DNA from: a bacterium
Lineage (GTDB): Bacteria; Patescibacteriota; Doudnabacteria; UBA920; VMFF01
Reading direction: 5' to 3'
NCBI GenBank assembly: GCA_021842385.1
Contig: JAKCAE010000038.1
Span: forward strand, 1-53,672
DNA: 53,672 nt
Every line of letters starts with the position of its first letter. Position 1 is the stretch's first letter. Below the pieces are notes generated by a model, which worked only from the letters and a program-made list of their open reading frames with translations, was not told the origin of the DNA and made no database searches. Below are positions 18,314 to 27,015 of the stretch, one piece after another. The position numbers and the translations under genes were made by a program.

Positions 18314-20302
18314 TTAGTGTTTTAAGAACTTAACCATTAACAGTGCAACTATGTTGATGATTTTGATCATCGGATTAATTGCAGGACCTGCTGTGTCTTT
18401 GTAAGGATCACCAACAGTGTCTCCTGTAACAGCTGATTGGTGTGCAAAGGATTTCTTTCCGCCGTGGTTTCCTTCCTCAATATACTTTTTTGCATTGTCC
18501 CAAGCAGCACCACCTGTGGTCATAGATATACCAACAAACAAACCAGTGACAATTGAACCAACAATCAAACCACCCAATGCTTTTGCACCAAGTGTTAATC
18601 CAACAATGATTGGCACAACAACTGGAATTAATGCAGGCACAACCATTTCTTTGATTGCTGCTTTAGTAACGATATCAACAGCTTTGGTATAGTCTGGTTT
18701 TGCGATTCCTTCCATAATCCCTTTTATTTCTCTAAACTGTCTTCTGACTTCCTCAACAACAGCATGCGCAGCCTTTCCTACAGCTTGCATGGCAATTGAA
18801 GCAAAAAGGTATGGCAGAAGTCCACCGATGAACAAACCAACTAAGACTTTAGGATCTGAAATATCAAAGCCTGTGTTAAGACCCCTGTTTGTTAATTCCT
18901 GGGAAAAAGAAGCAAACAAAATAATGGCAGCAAGCCCTGCTGAAGCAATCGCGTAACCTTTTGTTACAGCCTTAGTTGTGTTGCCAACTGCATCTAGAGG
19001 ATCTGTGATATCTCTTACTTCTTGTGGTAAGTTAGCCATTTCAGCAATACCGCCTGCATTGTCAGTTATCGGACCAAAAGCATCTATTGCCACAACAATT
19101 CCTGTTAAAGACAACATACTCATAACAGCAAGTGCGATTCCGTAAAGGCCAGCTTGGTTAAAAGCAACTAAAATTGCAATAACAATAACTAAGACAGGCA
19201 AAGCTGTAGATTGCATGGAAACAGCAAGACCTGTGATGATATTTGTGCCATGTCCCGTTGTTGATGCTTGAGCAATGTCTTTTACTGGTTTAAAGCTTTT
19301 AGAAGTGTAGTATTCTGTGATTAAAACAATTGCCGCTGTAACAAGAAGTCCCATAATGGCTGAGATATATAGCTGCCAGAAAGTAAACTGGGTTTGAGCA
19401 GCCATCATGCTTTGAGTAATCGGATAGAAAGCAATTGCAGAAAGAAGACCTGAAACTATGAGTCCTTTGTAAAGGGCTCCCATGATGCTTTTTTTAGAAC
19501 CAATTCTGACAAAGAGCGTTCCAATTATTGTCGTGATAATGGAAGCTGCGCCCAAGATTAGGGGATAGGTGATAGCACCCTCAAAGTTTTTAAAGGTTAA
19601 AGAACCAAGAAGCATAACTGCGATTGCAGAAACAACATATGTTTCAAAAAGATCTGCTGCCATGCCCGCATCATCTCCAACATTGTCTCCAACATTGTCT
19701 GCTATGACTGCTGGGTTTCTTGGATCATCTTCTGGGATGCCGCTTTCTACTTTTCCTACCAAATCAGCACCAACGTCAGCACCTTTGGTAAATATTCCAC
19801 CGCCAAGTCTTGCAAATACTGAAATTAACGATGCTCCAAAACCAAGACCAATTAAAGAATTTAGATCTTTGTTTAAAGCATAGAACCCTGCTACTGAAAG
19901 AAGACCAAGACCAACAACAAACAAACCTGTAACAGTTCCGCCTTGGAAAGCTACAGAAAGAGCTTCTGCTAAGCCTTTCTTTGCAGCCTCTGCAGTTCTA
20001 ATATTTGCTCTAACAGCAACATTCATGCCAATGTAGCCTGCAATTGCTGAAGCAATTGCACCAATCAAAAAACCGATAATAGTACCGGTATCAAAACGAA
20101 AGACCCACATTAAGATTGCTAAAACAACAGCTACTACAGAAACAGTCTTGTACTGCCTGTTTAAGTAAGCGCTTGCTCCTTGCTGGATAGCATGAGCGAT
20201 TTCCCTCATTTTCTCATTACCTTGCTCTTTCTTCAAAACATTGAAGATGAGCGCTATGCCGTAAACTAAAGAAAGCACAGCTGCTATGATCGGAAAGGTC
20301 AT
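18314..20302 (-). CDS. hppA: Membrane-bound proton/sodium-translocating pyrophosphatase
   Basis: [40 protein letters not shown], and about 15 TM helices. Confidence 0.95.
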   Translation of the reverse strand: MTFPIIAAVLSLVYGIALIFNVLKKEQGNEKMREIAHAIQQGASAYLNRQYKTVSVVAVVLAILMWVFRFDTGTIIGFLIGAIASAIAGYIGMNVAVRANIRTAEAAKKGLAEALSVAFQGGTVTGLFVVGLGLLSVAGFYALNKDLNSLIGLGFGASLISVFARLGGGIFTKGADVGADLVGKVESGIPEDDPRNPAVIADNVGDNVGDDAGMAADLFETYVVSAIAVMLLGSLTFKNFEGAITYPLILGAASIITTIIGTLFVRIGSKKSIMGALYKGLIVSGLLSAIAFYPITQSMMAAQTQFTFWQLYISAIMGLLVTAAIVLITEYYTSKSFKPVKDIAQASTTGHGTNIITGLAVSMQSTALPVLVIVIAILVAFNQAGLYGIALAVMSMLSLTGIVVAIDAFGPITDNAGGIAEMANLPQEVRDITDPLDAVGNTTKAVTKGYAIASAGLAAIILFASFSQELTNRGLNTGFDISDPKVLVGLFIGGLLPYLFASIAMQAVGKAAHAVVEEVRRQFREIKGIMEGIAKPDYTKAVDIVTKAAIKEMVVPALIPVVVPIIVGLTLGAKALGGLIVGSIVTGLFVGISMTTGGAAWDNAKKYIEEGNHGGKKSFAHQSAVTGDTVGDPYKDTAGPAINPMIKIINIVALLMVKFLKH

Positions 20303-20403
20303 ATCTTTGTTCTTTTCCTTAATTAAAAGGTTAATTTTACCTGCTTATTATGCCAAAAAAGCCCAGGTTTTGCAATACCCTAAGGCTTTCTTTGTCAACA
20401 CGT

Positions 20404-20568
20404 TTACTTGTGTTTGTCTTTTCTAAAGATGATTGTAAAACCCCAGACCCCTATAACCAGATGAATTAGAAGAATATATGTCGGAAGATCAAAATATTCC
20501 TTGAAAGCAAACCCCAAAACACCAACTAAAATCCCTCCTGTAGCACAAACTACAGCATATAGTTTCAT
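20404..20568 (-). CDS. Small membrane protein (54 aa)
   Basis: MKLYAVVCATGGILVGVLGFAF... gives two predicted TM helices. The start overlaps the upstream stop (TAATG at 20566-20570). Confidence 0.4.
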   Translation of the reverse strand: MKLYAVVCATGGILVGVLGFAFKEYFDLPTYILLIHLVIGVWGFTIIFRKDKHK

Positions 20569-20756
20569 TATTTTTTTATTAGGTTGTAGAAAGACTCCAG
20601 ATGCGAGTCTGTACCGCAATAGAAGACATGGTCTGTAAGATTCACGCAATACTGCGGATTTTTGTGGATATAGTTGTACTTTGGCAGAAACCAGTAGAGG
20701 AATACTGCTGCTGCAAAGAACAAACCATAGAGCACAAACTTAATGATTGATAGCAT
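20568..20756 (-). CDS. Small membrane protein (62 aa)
   Basis: MLSIIKFVLYGLFFAAAVFLYWF... An internal ATG is used because the upstream part of the track ORF is antisense to tRNA-Gln. Confidence 0.4.
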   Translation of the reverse strand: MLSIIKFVLYGLFFAAAVFLYWFLPKYNYIHKNPQYCVNLTDHVFYCGTDSHLESFYNLIKK

Positions 20757-20827
20757 AAGGGAATTATATCTGATCTTGTAAAAAGTGCCAATTTCTGGTA
20801 TGGTACAAGGGATTTTTGAAAGATTAA

Positions 20828-20902
20828 TGGGGTGTAGCCAAGTGGTAAGGCATGGGACTCTGAATCCCACATTCGTAGGTTCGATCCCTACCACCCCAGC
20901 CA
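20828..20902 (+). tRNA. tRNA-Gln (anticodon CUG), CCA encoded
   Basis: Hand-folded cloverleaf. Acceptor TGGGGTG/CACCCCA with U1-A72, D arm GCC/GGC, anticodon arm TGGGA-CTCTGAA-TCCCA, T arm GTAGG-TTCGATC-CCTAC, discriminator G, then CCA. Confidence 0.9.
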
Positions 20903-20909
20903 AAAAAAT

Positions 20910-20934
20910 AACACTGATTCAGTGTTTTTATTTT
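20910..20934 (+). terminator. Rho-independent terminator after tRNA-Gln
   Basis: aacactg / cagtgtt stem followed by a TTTATTTT run. Confidence 0.65.
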
Positions 20935-20988
20935 AACTTTTTTTCATGACGCTGTTGTTAGACTTTTTGTAATTAATTTTTTTAACTT

Positions 20989-21663
20989 ATGTCATTTAAA
21001 GAATGGTCAGATTTGTTATCCAATTTAGCTGAAATATTAATTGCAGTTATAGGTTTTATAGTATTTTGGCAATTAAATCAAGCAAAAAAAGATTTGAAAA
21101 TAAGATCAAAGAGGGACGCAGGATCAATTTCTGTACAGCTTGCTGAGGTTTATAGAAAAGAGATAATTCCTATGATAAACAAGTTTTATGATCTATCGCA
21201 TAATTGTGGCTTTGGTATAGTAAATGTTAATTTTGAAAATTTAAAAATAGATGATTTTTTTGATGAAGATATTGACACGTTATCGCAAGAATTCAAAAAT
21301 ATTAATCAAATCAGTCTTGATGTGTATAGAAAACATCAAGAAATAAGAGATTTGGATATTGAGATATTGAATGCTTTAGAGTCTTTTGCTATAAATATAA
21401 CAAAAGGAATAGCTGATGAAGCTGTAATCTTTGAAGGCTTAGCTCAAACGTATTGCAATTTTGTCGCTCGCAGCTTTCCATTCCTTTGTAAAATCAGGAA
21501 AAGGGGTCAATTTAATCTTTATCAAAATGTGGTAGAATTATATAAAGAGTGGTCGAAAAAGATTAAATTGACCGGTTTAAGCAATAAAGAGAACGGAATC
21601 AGGGAAGAATTTAATAAAATTAATACGGGGAGCAGATTGAAACCCCCGATAGGGACTAGATAA
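20989..21663 (+). CDS. Hypothetical membrane-anchored protein, very AT-rich
   Basis: N-terminal TM (LAEILIAVIGFIVFW). 14/60 G+C at 21241-21300, below backbone. No recognised catalytic motif. Confidence 0.55.
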   Translation: MSFKEWSDLLSNLAEILIAVIGFIVFWQLNQAKKDLKIRSKRDAGSISVQLAEVYRKEIIPMINKFYDLSHNCGFGIVNVNFENLKIDDFFDEDIDTLSQEFKNINQISLDVYRKHQEIRDLDIEILNALESFAINITKGIADEAVIFEGLAQTYCNFVARSFPFLCKIRKRGQFNLYQNVVELYKEWSKKIKLTGLSNKENGIREEFNKINTGSRLKPPIGTR

Positions 21664-21690
21664 TTTTATGGCAGTAATCGACTAACAATC

Positions 21691-21716
21691 AAAAACAGCT
21701 TTCAAAAGCTGTTTTT
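21691..21716 (+). terminator. Rho-independent terminator
   Basis: aaaaacagct / agctgttttt perfect 10-bp stem with a 6-nt loop. Confidence 0.7.
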
Positions 21717-21729
21717 GATATATAACCTA

Positions 21730-22182
21730 ATGACCATAACCCTTTGTGGCAGCATTGCTTTTATAGATTCCATGTATGAGCTTAAAACAAAGCTTGAGTC
21801 TTTGGGTTTTAATGTTTTAATCCCGCCGGATAAAGTTCCTGATCATGATGGAAATATCGTTGATGCCAAAGAATATTATGCTTCTAAAAAGAAAGCCATG
21901 AGTGAAAACAATCATGCTTGGGCCACAGAGGGAAACCTTGCCAACAGAATTAAAGACCACTTTGAAAAGATTGCAGCAGGGGATGCAATCTTGGTTGCAA
22001 ACTATGATAAAAATGGAATTAAGAATTACATTGGTCCAAACAGTCTTGTTGAAATGGGAATTGCTTTTTATTTAAAGAAGAGGATATATCTTCTAAATCC
22101 AATTCCAGATATTTCTTACAAAGAAGAAATATTGGGTATGCATCCTGAAATTTTAGACAACGACTTAACAAGGATAAAATAA
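21730..22182 (+). CDS. Nucleoside 2-deoxyribosyltransferase-like protein
   Basis: MTITLCGSIAF...ILVANYDKNGIKNYIGPNSLVEMGIAFYLKKRIYLL pattern. ATG 21730 is used because the TTG at 21715 lies inside the upstream terminator. Confidence 0.55.
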   Translation: MTITLCGSIAFIDSMYELKTKLESLGFNVLIPPDKVPDHDGNIVDAKEYYASKKKAMSENNHAWATEGNLANRIKDHFEKIAAGDAILVANYDKNGIKNYIGPNSLVEMGIAFYLKKRIYLLNPIPDISYKEEILGMHPEILDNDLTRIK

Positions 22183-22202
22183 AACCGCAGAGAACTGCGG
22201 TT
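22183..22202. terminator. Hairpin between convergent genes
   Basis: aaccgcag-agaa-ctgcggtt. Confidence 0.55.
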
Positions 22203-22220
22203 CTATTATTCATTTCAAAT

Positions 22221-22781
22221 TTACTTTGTCACTGCATTTGAGCCGGTTGCGTTAGCATTCGTATTGCAAACTGTTCTTGCTTTCTTGGCCGTTGCTTCGG
22301 CTGACTTGTTCGCTGTCATAAATGCTGTTTGAGCAACTTTCACTGCTGCTTTAAAATCAGTTTGTGCTTTTTTGACTGCTTCCTTCTTTGCTTCTTTTTC
22401 TTCATCTGTTGTTACAGGCATCTCTCTTATACCCCGCAGAACTGTTTCTCTTGCTGAAAAAGCTTTTTTGACTGCTTCCATTCTTGCCTCTCTGTTTGTT
22501 TCAAGGTTCGTCTTTCTCACTTCTACGCTTTGTTTGATACACTCTGTTTTTGCTTCTTCAATCTTTTTCTTTGCCTCTATCTTTTCTTTTCTTTCTTGGT
22601 CTTTCTTTTCTTGTTCTAATTTCCTTGCTTCTAGCTTTTGTTCTTGTGCTTTTTTCAATGCTTCCACTCTCTGTTCCTGCTCTGTTTTAGAAGTAGGATC
22701 ATCATTTTTGGCAAAGACAGGTGCTGCAGTTAAAGCAAACAGCAGCAACAGGGAAGATCCAAATATTGCTATTTTTTTCAT
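22221..22781 (-). CDS. Secreted Lys/Glu-rich coiled-coil protein
   Basis: Signal peptide MKKIAIFGSSLLLLFALTAAPVFA, then repetitive EQ/KK/EA low-complexity sequence. Confidence 0.6.
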   Translation of the reverse strand: MKKIAIFGSSLLLLFALTAAPVFAKNDDPTSKTEQEQRVEALKKAQEQKLEARKLEQEKKDQERKEKIEAKKKIEEAKTECIKQSVEVRKTNLETNREARMEAVKKAFSARETVLRGIREMPVTTDEEKEAKKEAVKKAQTDFKAAVKVAQTAFMTANKSAEATAKKARTVCNTNANATGSNAVTK

Positions 22782-22854
22782 GTTTTTGTTTCGTTATACA
22801 TTTAATTAAGCTAACTAAATCTTAGTGTACCATGTTTTCTGGTATACTGCTAAT

Positions 22855-23463
22855 ATGTTCCGCAAAATTCCTAAATATTTAATATATGTTTTTTCTTTAG
22901 CAGCAGCTTTGTATCTTTCTGCATTAGTATATATTTTAAGTTTTTCGCTTAAACCAAATATCCCAGAGCACGCAGACGCGATTTTGGTACTCGGTGCTAA
23001 AGTTAATTTGGACAATAGTCCATCTGATCCTCTATATGAACGAACGAATGAAGCAGTTAAACTTTATGCTCAAAACAAAGCAGACTATATCATTACAACC
23101 GGTGGAGTTGGTTTGGGCTCTCTGCCTGAAGCAACTATTTCAGCACTCGTTGCTGAAGAAAAGGGTGTTCCCAAAGAAAAAATTTTAAAGGATCAAAAAT
23201 CACACAATACTTTTCAAAATGTAGACGAAGGCAGAAAAATTGCTAAGGAATACAATATTAAATCCGTGATAGTTATAAGTGACAGGTATCATGTTGCTCG
23301 TGGTGTTTTAGTTGCCAGACACCTAGGTTTTAATCCGGTCTTTTGGGATTACCCGGACTTTGGCTATTACAAAAAAGAACTTCTCTTGCAAAATTATGCT
23401 AGAGAAGCTTTTGCCATTCTTTTTTACCTACCTAAAATATATTTAACTAAAGCTTTGTATTAA
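22855..23463 (+). CDS. DUF218/YdcF (SanA/ElyC-like) family protein
   Basis: N-terminal TM, ILVLGAKVN...YIITTGG...ISDRYHVARG. ATG 22855 is preferred (TGgTATACT -10 element 6 nt upstream) over the GTG at 22825. Confidence 0.7.
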   Translation: MFRKIPKYLIYVFSLAAALYLSALVYILSFSLKPNIPEHADAILVLGAKVNLDNSPSDPLYERTNEAVKLYAQNKADYIITTGGVGLGSLPEATISALVAEEKGVPKEKILKDQKSHNTFQNVDEGRKIAKEYNIKSVIVISDRYHVARGVLVARHLGFNPVFWDYPDFGYYKKELLLQNYAREAFAILFYLPKIYLTKALY

Positions 23464-24361
23464 TAAAGTTTTGATGACCACGCAAAAAATCAGAAATGGA
23501 ATTTTCTTTTTTCCCTTCGAGTTGAATCTCTAAAAGTTCTAAACTTCCTTCTGCTGTGCCGATTAAAACCTTAGAGCCATCTTTTAAAACAAGACCTGGA
23601 TCTGCCTTGATCGTGCTAGGTAATATTTTTTTAATCTTCAATACTTTTCCTTCAAAGACCGTCCAGATTCCAGGCCATTTAATATATGCCCTGTATTTGT
23701 TAAAGATTTCTCCTGATCTGTCATTCCAGTTTATACATCCGTTTTCTTTTTTGATGACCTTGCAAAATGTTGCTTGACCGTGATCTTGTTCCTGAGGTTT
23801 TAACTTTCCTTTTAAAAAGTCATTTAGTAGAGGAACAATCATATTCTTCGCAAGCTCTAAAAGTTTGCCTTCGAGCTCAAAAAAAGTATCTTCTGGTTTA
23901 ATCTTTAATGTTTCAATTTTAAGTATTGGTCCATGGTCCATCTTTTCATCCATGAGCATAATGCTAACACCTGTCTCTGTTTCTCCGTTAAGTAGTGCTG
24001 CTTGGATAGGGGAGGCACCGCGATATTTTGGTAACACTGAACCGTGGATATTTATAGCTGGGGCAAGATCCAAAACCTTTTTGGGAATTATTTGTCCGTA
24101 AGCAACAACCACAAAAACATCTGCTTTGGGAAGGTTCTTTAGTTGTTCCAAAGAAGAGATCTCTTTTAAGTTTTCAGGTTTTAATACACGAATATTTGAA
24201 AGACCTGCTTCTTTAGAAACCGGGCTTTCTAAGATTTCTTGTTTTCTGCCAACAGGGCGATCTGGTTGGGTTACAACTGCAAGAATCTCAAAATGTTCTT
24301 TGAGCTTTTTAAGAATTTCTTTAGAGAATTCAGATGTACCAAAAAAGACTATTTTTTTCAT
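23447..24361 (-). CDS. fmt: Methionyl-tRNA formyltransferase
   Basis: IVFFGTSEFS..., HGSVLPKYRGASPIQ, and a C-terminal Fmt domain. Confidence 0.92.
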   Translation of the reverse strand: MKKIVFFGTSEFSKEILKKLKEHFEILAVVTQPDRPVGRKQEILESPVSKEAGLSNIRVLKPENLKEISSLEQLKNLPKADVFVVVAYGQIIPKKVLDLAPAINIHGSVLPKYRGASPIQAALLNGETETGVSIMLMDEKMDHGPILKIETLKIKPEDTFFELEGKLLELAKNMIVPLLNDFLKGKLKPQEQDHGQATFCKVIKKENGCINWNDRSGEIFNKYRAYIKWPGIWTVFEGKVLKIKKILPSTIKADPGLVLKDGSKVLIGTAEGSLELLEIQLEGKKENSISDFLRGHQNFINTKL

Positions 24362-24898
24362 TTAATATCTTTTAACAAGCTGTCTAAATATCTCTGAATA
24401 GTAGCGGCAGTTTTCCAAGGAGTCTCTCTCGTTTTTTCTTTGCAGTTTAAAATATGAACCAATGGTTTCCGCAGTAGGTATTTTTTTTAGATTTTGTTTG
24501 GATAGATACATATAAGCCAGAGTCCAGAGTTCTAAAACGTGATAGTCATACTCATATTCAATGCCCGTTCTGCGAAAAGATTCTCTTAAGAAGTTGACGT
24601 TTATAATGTTGTGACTTGCCAAAGTTACGTTGTAGGAAAACTTTTCTTTAAAAGCAATTAAAACAGCTTTTAGATTTGGTGATTTTATTAAAACTTCTCT
24701 GGGTATACCAAGTGCTTGTACCACCCTATCATTAGTTGTTTGGGAAAAAGGGTTTTTGATGTAGCTTGTAAAAGATCCTTTTTCTAAGAGGTTGTCTTTG
24801 TCTAACAAGACTGCTGAAATTTGCAGGGGAAAATCTTTCTCAGGATTAATCCCTGTGGTTTGCATGTCTATAAAAAGAATGTCTCTGGCAAACCTCAT
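24362..24898 (-). CDS. DnaQ/DEDD exonuclease-like protein with substituted acidic residues
   Basis: ILFIDMQTTGINP (ExoI-like, with Q in place of E) and ASHNIINVNFL (ExoII-like, with N in place of D). Sits between def and fmt. Confidence 0.4.
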   Translation of the reverse strand: MRFARDILFIDMQTTGINPEKDFPLQISAVLLDKDNLLEKGSFTSYIKNPFSQTTNDRVVQALGIPREVLIKSPNLKAVLIAFKEKFSYNVTLASHNIINVNFLRESFRRTGIEYEYDYHVLELWTLAYMYLSKQNLKKIPTAETIGSYFKLQRKNERDSLENCRYYSEIFRQLVKRY

Positions 24899-25377
24899 TA
24901 TTTTACAAGCTCCTTGCCTTGAGTGTATTTTTTAATCCTGTCAATTATTAAAACACCATTGATATGATCTATTTCATGCTGGATAACTTTAGCAAGCATG
25001 CCATCTACTTTTGCCCTAAATTTATTACCGTCTACATCTTGGGCTTCAAACTCAATTTCTTCAGGTCTGGGAACAAAACCAAAAACTCCTGGAATTGAAA
25101 GGCAACCTTCGTCCATTTCATTTTTTTTCTTCGAGGCTTTGATAATTTCCGGGTTAATCAAAACAAAGGGTTTTAAACCCATACTTTCCAAATTAACAAC
25201 AATCAGAGCAAGACTTTGGTTTACTTGAGGTGCAGCTAAACCAACTCCATCAGCGTGTTTAACTGTATCGAGCATGTCTTTTATAAGCTTGCGCTCTTGA
25301 TTAGTTAGCGGAAACTTAACTTTTTTAGTTTTAGTTCTCAGTACCTTGTTGGGGTACAAAACAATATGCAGGTTCAT
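24898..25377 (-). CDS. def: Peptide deformylase
   Basis: GLAAPQV, EGCLS, HEIDH motifs. Confidence 0.95.
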   Translation of the reverse strand: MNLHIVLYPNKVLRTKTKKVKFPLTNQERKLIKDMLDTVKHADGVGLAAPQVNQSLALIVVNLESMGLKPFVLINPEIIKASKKKNEMDEGCLSIPGVFGFVPRPEEIEFEAQDVDGNKFRAKVDGMLAKVIQHEIDHINGVLIIDRIKKYTQGKELVK

Positions 25378-25643
25378 TTAATTGGATCTGAATGTTCTTT
25401 TTTAACTAAAAAGGCAAACAATGCTCCGGGTTTTTTGGCATTTCCTTCTAAAACCTCTCCGGCAATGCGTCTTAAAATTCTGTGGTCATGTTTTTGAGCC
25501 ATCTTTAAGTAAAAGCCAAAACGTTTAGGTTCATTAAGCTTTTTTGAGAGCTCATCAGCTAAAACATGGTCTTCTGAGTGCAGATATTGAGATTTTTTTG
25601 GAGCCTCGGAAAATTTCTTTTTAAACTCCTTATTAATTTCCAT
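25374..25643 (-). CDS. Hypothetical 89-aa basic protein
   Basis: ORF coupled to def by a 4-nt overlap. No recognised motif. Confidence 0.4.
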   Translation of the reverse strand: MEINKEFKKKFSEAPKKSQYLHSEDHVLADELSKKLNEPKRFGFYLKMAQKHDHRILRRIAGEVLEGNAKKPGALFAFLVKKEHSDPIK

Positions 25644-25695
25644 AAATTTTCCTTTTGCATAGTATACCTTAAATATTGGTTAATTTCCACAGAAA

Positions 25696-27015
25696 ATGAT
25701 AGAATGGTGCAATAACGGTATGGAAAAAATAGATATTTTGGGGGTGCAAATTAATAATCAGGATAAAGCTCGGATCCTGGAGAGTTTAGAAAAAAGACTT
25801 GATGCAAAGAAAAAAACTTTCTTAGTTACTCCGTATTCTGAGTTCATTTACCGTGCTTTTACAGACTACGACTTTAGAGCGCTTTTAAATAGCGCTGACT
25901 TTGCTTTGCCAGACGGAGTTGCAATTCAGTGGTTAGCTTACTTTTTAAATGTCCCATACAGTTTTAAAAATTTCTATGCCAGGATTTTTGAGACATACTA
26001 CCAGCTTTGCCATTCTCTAGCTGCCATTGTTTTTAAGCCCAAGAAATTAAAACAGAGAATACCTGAAAGGATTTCCGGTGTTGATTTCTTTTGGGACTTG
26101 GTTGCTTTAGCTGAAAAGAAGAGACTCTCGATTTTTCTCTTAGGGGGACATGGGCACACTCCGGAGCTTGTGCTTAAAAAGATTCATGAAAAATATCCTA
26201 ATGTAAAGATAGCTGGTTTTTCAAACAAAGGACCAGGAAATGAAGATTTAGTAGGGGATATAAACAAAAGTGGGGCAGACATGCTTTTTGTGGCATATGG
26301 ACCTGTCAAACAGGAAAATTGGATACGCTCCCATCTTTCAGAACTTGATATTAGATTAGCTGTAGGGCTTGGTGGTACTTTTGATTATGTTTCTGGAAAA
26401 GTCTTCAGAGCGCCTCATTTTTTGCGTAATATGGGCTTTGAATGGCTCTTTCGTCTTGTTTTACAGCCACACAGGGCAAAAAGGATTTGGAATGGCACAG
26501 TAAGGCTCATAACCGGCGCTTTTCGGTATAAGGTTTTTATGTCAATGCCATACCGTCAAAATGTCCTCTCTGTTATACTAAATAAAGAAAATCTAGTTTT
26601 TGTAGCGCGAAGAGGAAGAGATGGAGAAAAAATAGGCAATCTACATGAGGAACATTGGCAGTTTCCCCAGGGTGGTGTTGACTATAAAGAAAACTTAGAA
26701 AAAGCAGTCTTGCGTGAAGTTGCGGAAGAAACCAACATGACTAATCTTTCAATCCTCGGACATTCAAAAAAAAGACACAGCTATATCTGGAACAACACGA
26801 TAAGAAGAGTTTGGTTTAACAGGTTAAAATTCAAAGGACAAGAACAAACCATTTTTTTCTTAAAGTACTTTGGCGATAATTCAGAGATTAAACTTGATTT
26901 AGATGAACTTAATGAATACAAATGGATAAAGCCTGAAGATATTAAAAAAACAATTCATGTAGTGCGTTCTGGAATGGTTGATATAGTTGTTGAAGATATA
27001 AATAAATATTTATGA
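25696..27015 (+). CDS. WecG/TagA/CpsF-type (GT26) glycosyltransferase fused to a Nudix hydrolase domain
   Basis: N-terminal ILGVQINN...FLVTPYSEF...LPDGVAIQW...VAYGPVKQENW. C-terminal near-canonical Nudix box GGVDYKENLEKAVLREVAEETN. The start may be at ATG 25720. Confidence 0.7.
   Translation: MIEWCNNGMEKIDILGVQINNQDKARILESLEKRLDAKKKTFLVTPYSEFIYRAFTDYDFRALLNSADFALPDGVAIQWLAYFLNVPYSFKNFYARIFETYYQLCHSLAAIVFKPKKLKQRIPERISGVDFFWDLVALAEKKRLSIFLLGGHGHTPELVLKKIHEKYPNVKIAGFSNKGPGNEDLVGDINKSGADMLFVAYGPVKQENWIRSHLSELDIRLAVGLGGTFDYVSGKVFRAPHFLRNMGFEWLFRLVLQPHRAKRIWNGTVRLITGAFRYKVFMSMPYRQNVLSVILNKENLVFVARRGRDGEKIGNLHEEHWQFPQGGVDYKENLEKAVLREVAEETNMTNLSILGHSKKRHSYIWNNTIRRVWFNRLKFKGQEQTIFFLKYFGDNSEIKLDLDELNEYKWIKPEDIKKTIHVVRSGMVDIVVEDINKYL

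Noticed and set aside
18417-19883. Plus-strand ORFs 18417-18692 and 19569-19883 inside hppA.
   Set aside because: They are antisense to a gene with unmistakable pyrophosphatase motifs. Their Ala/Pro/Ser/Thr-rich translations are typical of the reverse complement of Gly/Ala/Val-rich membrane proteins.
20642-20903. The N-terminal parts of track ORFs 20568-20903 and 20642-20872.
   Set aside because: These portions are the reverse complement of tRNA-Gln (20828-20902). Only the downstream part from ATG 20756 is kept as a possible small membrane protein.
22372-22809. 145-aa plus-strand ORF opposite the Lys/Glu-rich secreted protein. I also checked the repetitive DNA as a possible CRISPR or tandem repeat.
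   Set aside because: It is the mirror image of a low-complexity coding region (Ser/Phe/Leu-rich nonsense). The repeats are imperfect codon-level AAG/GAA repeats, not direct repeats with spacers.
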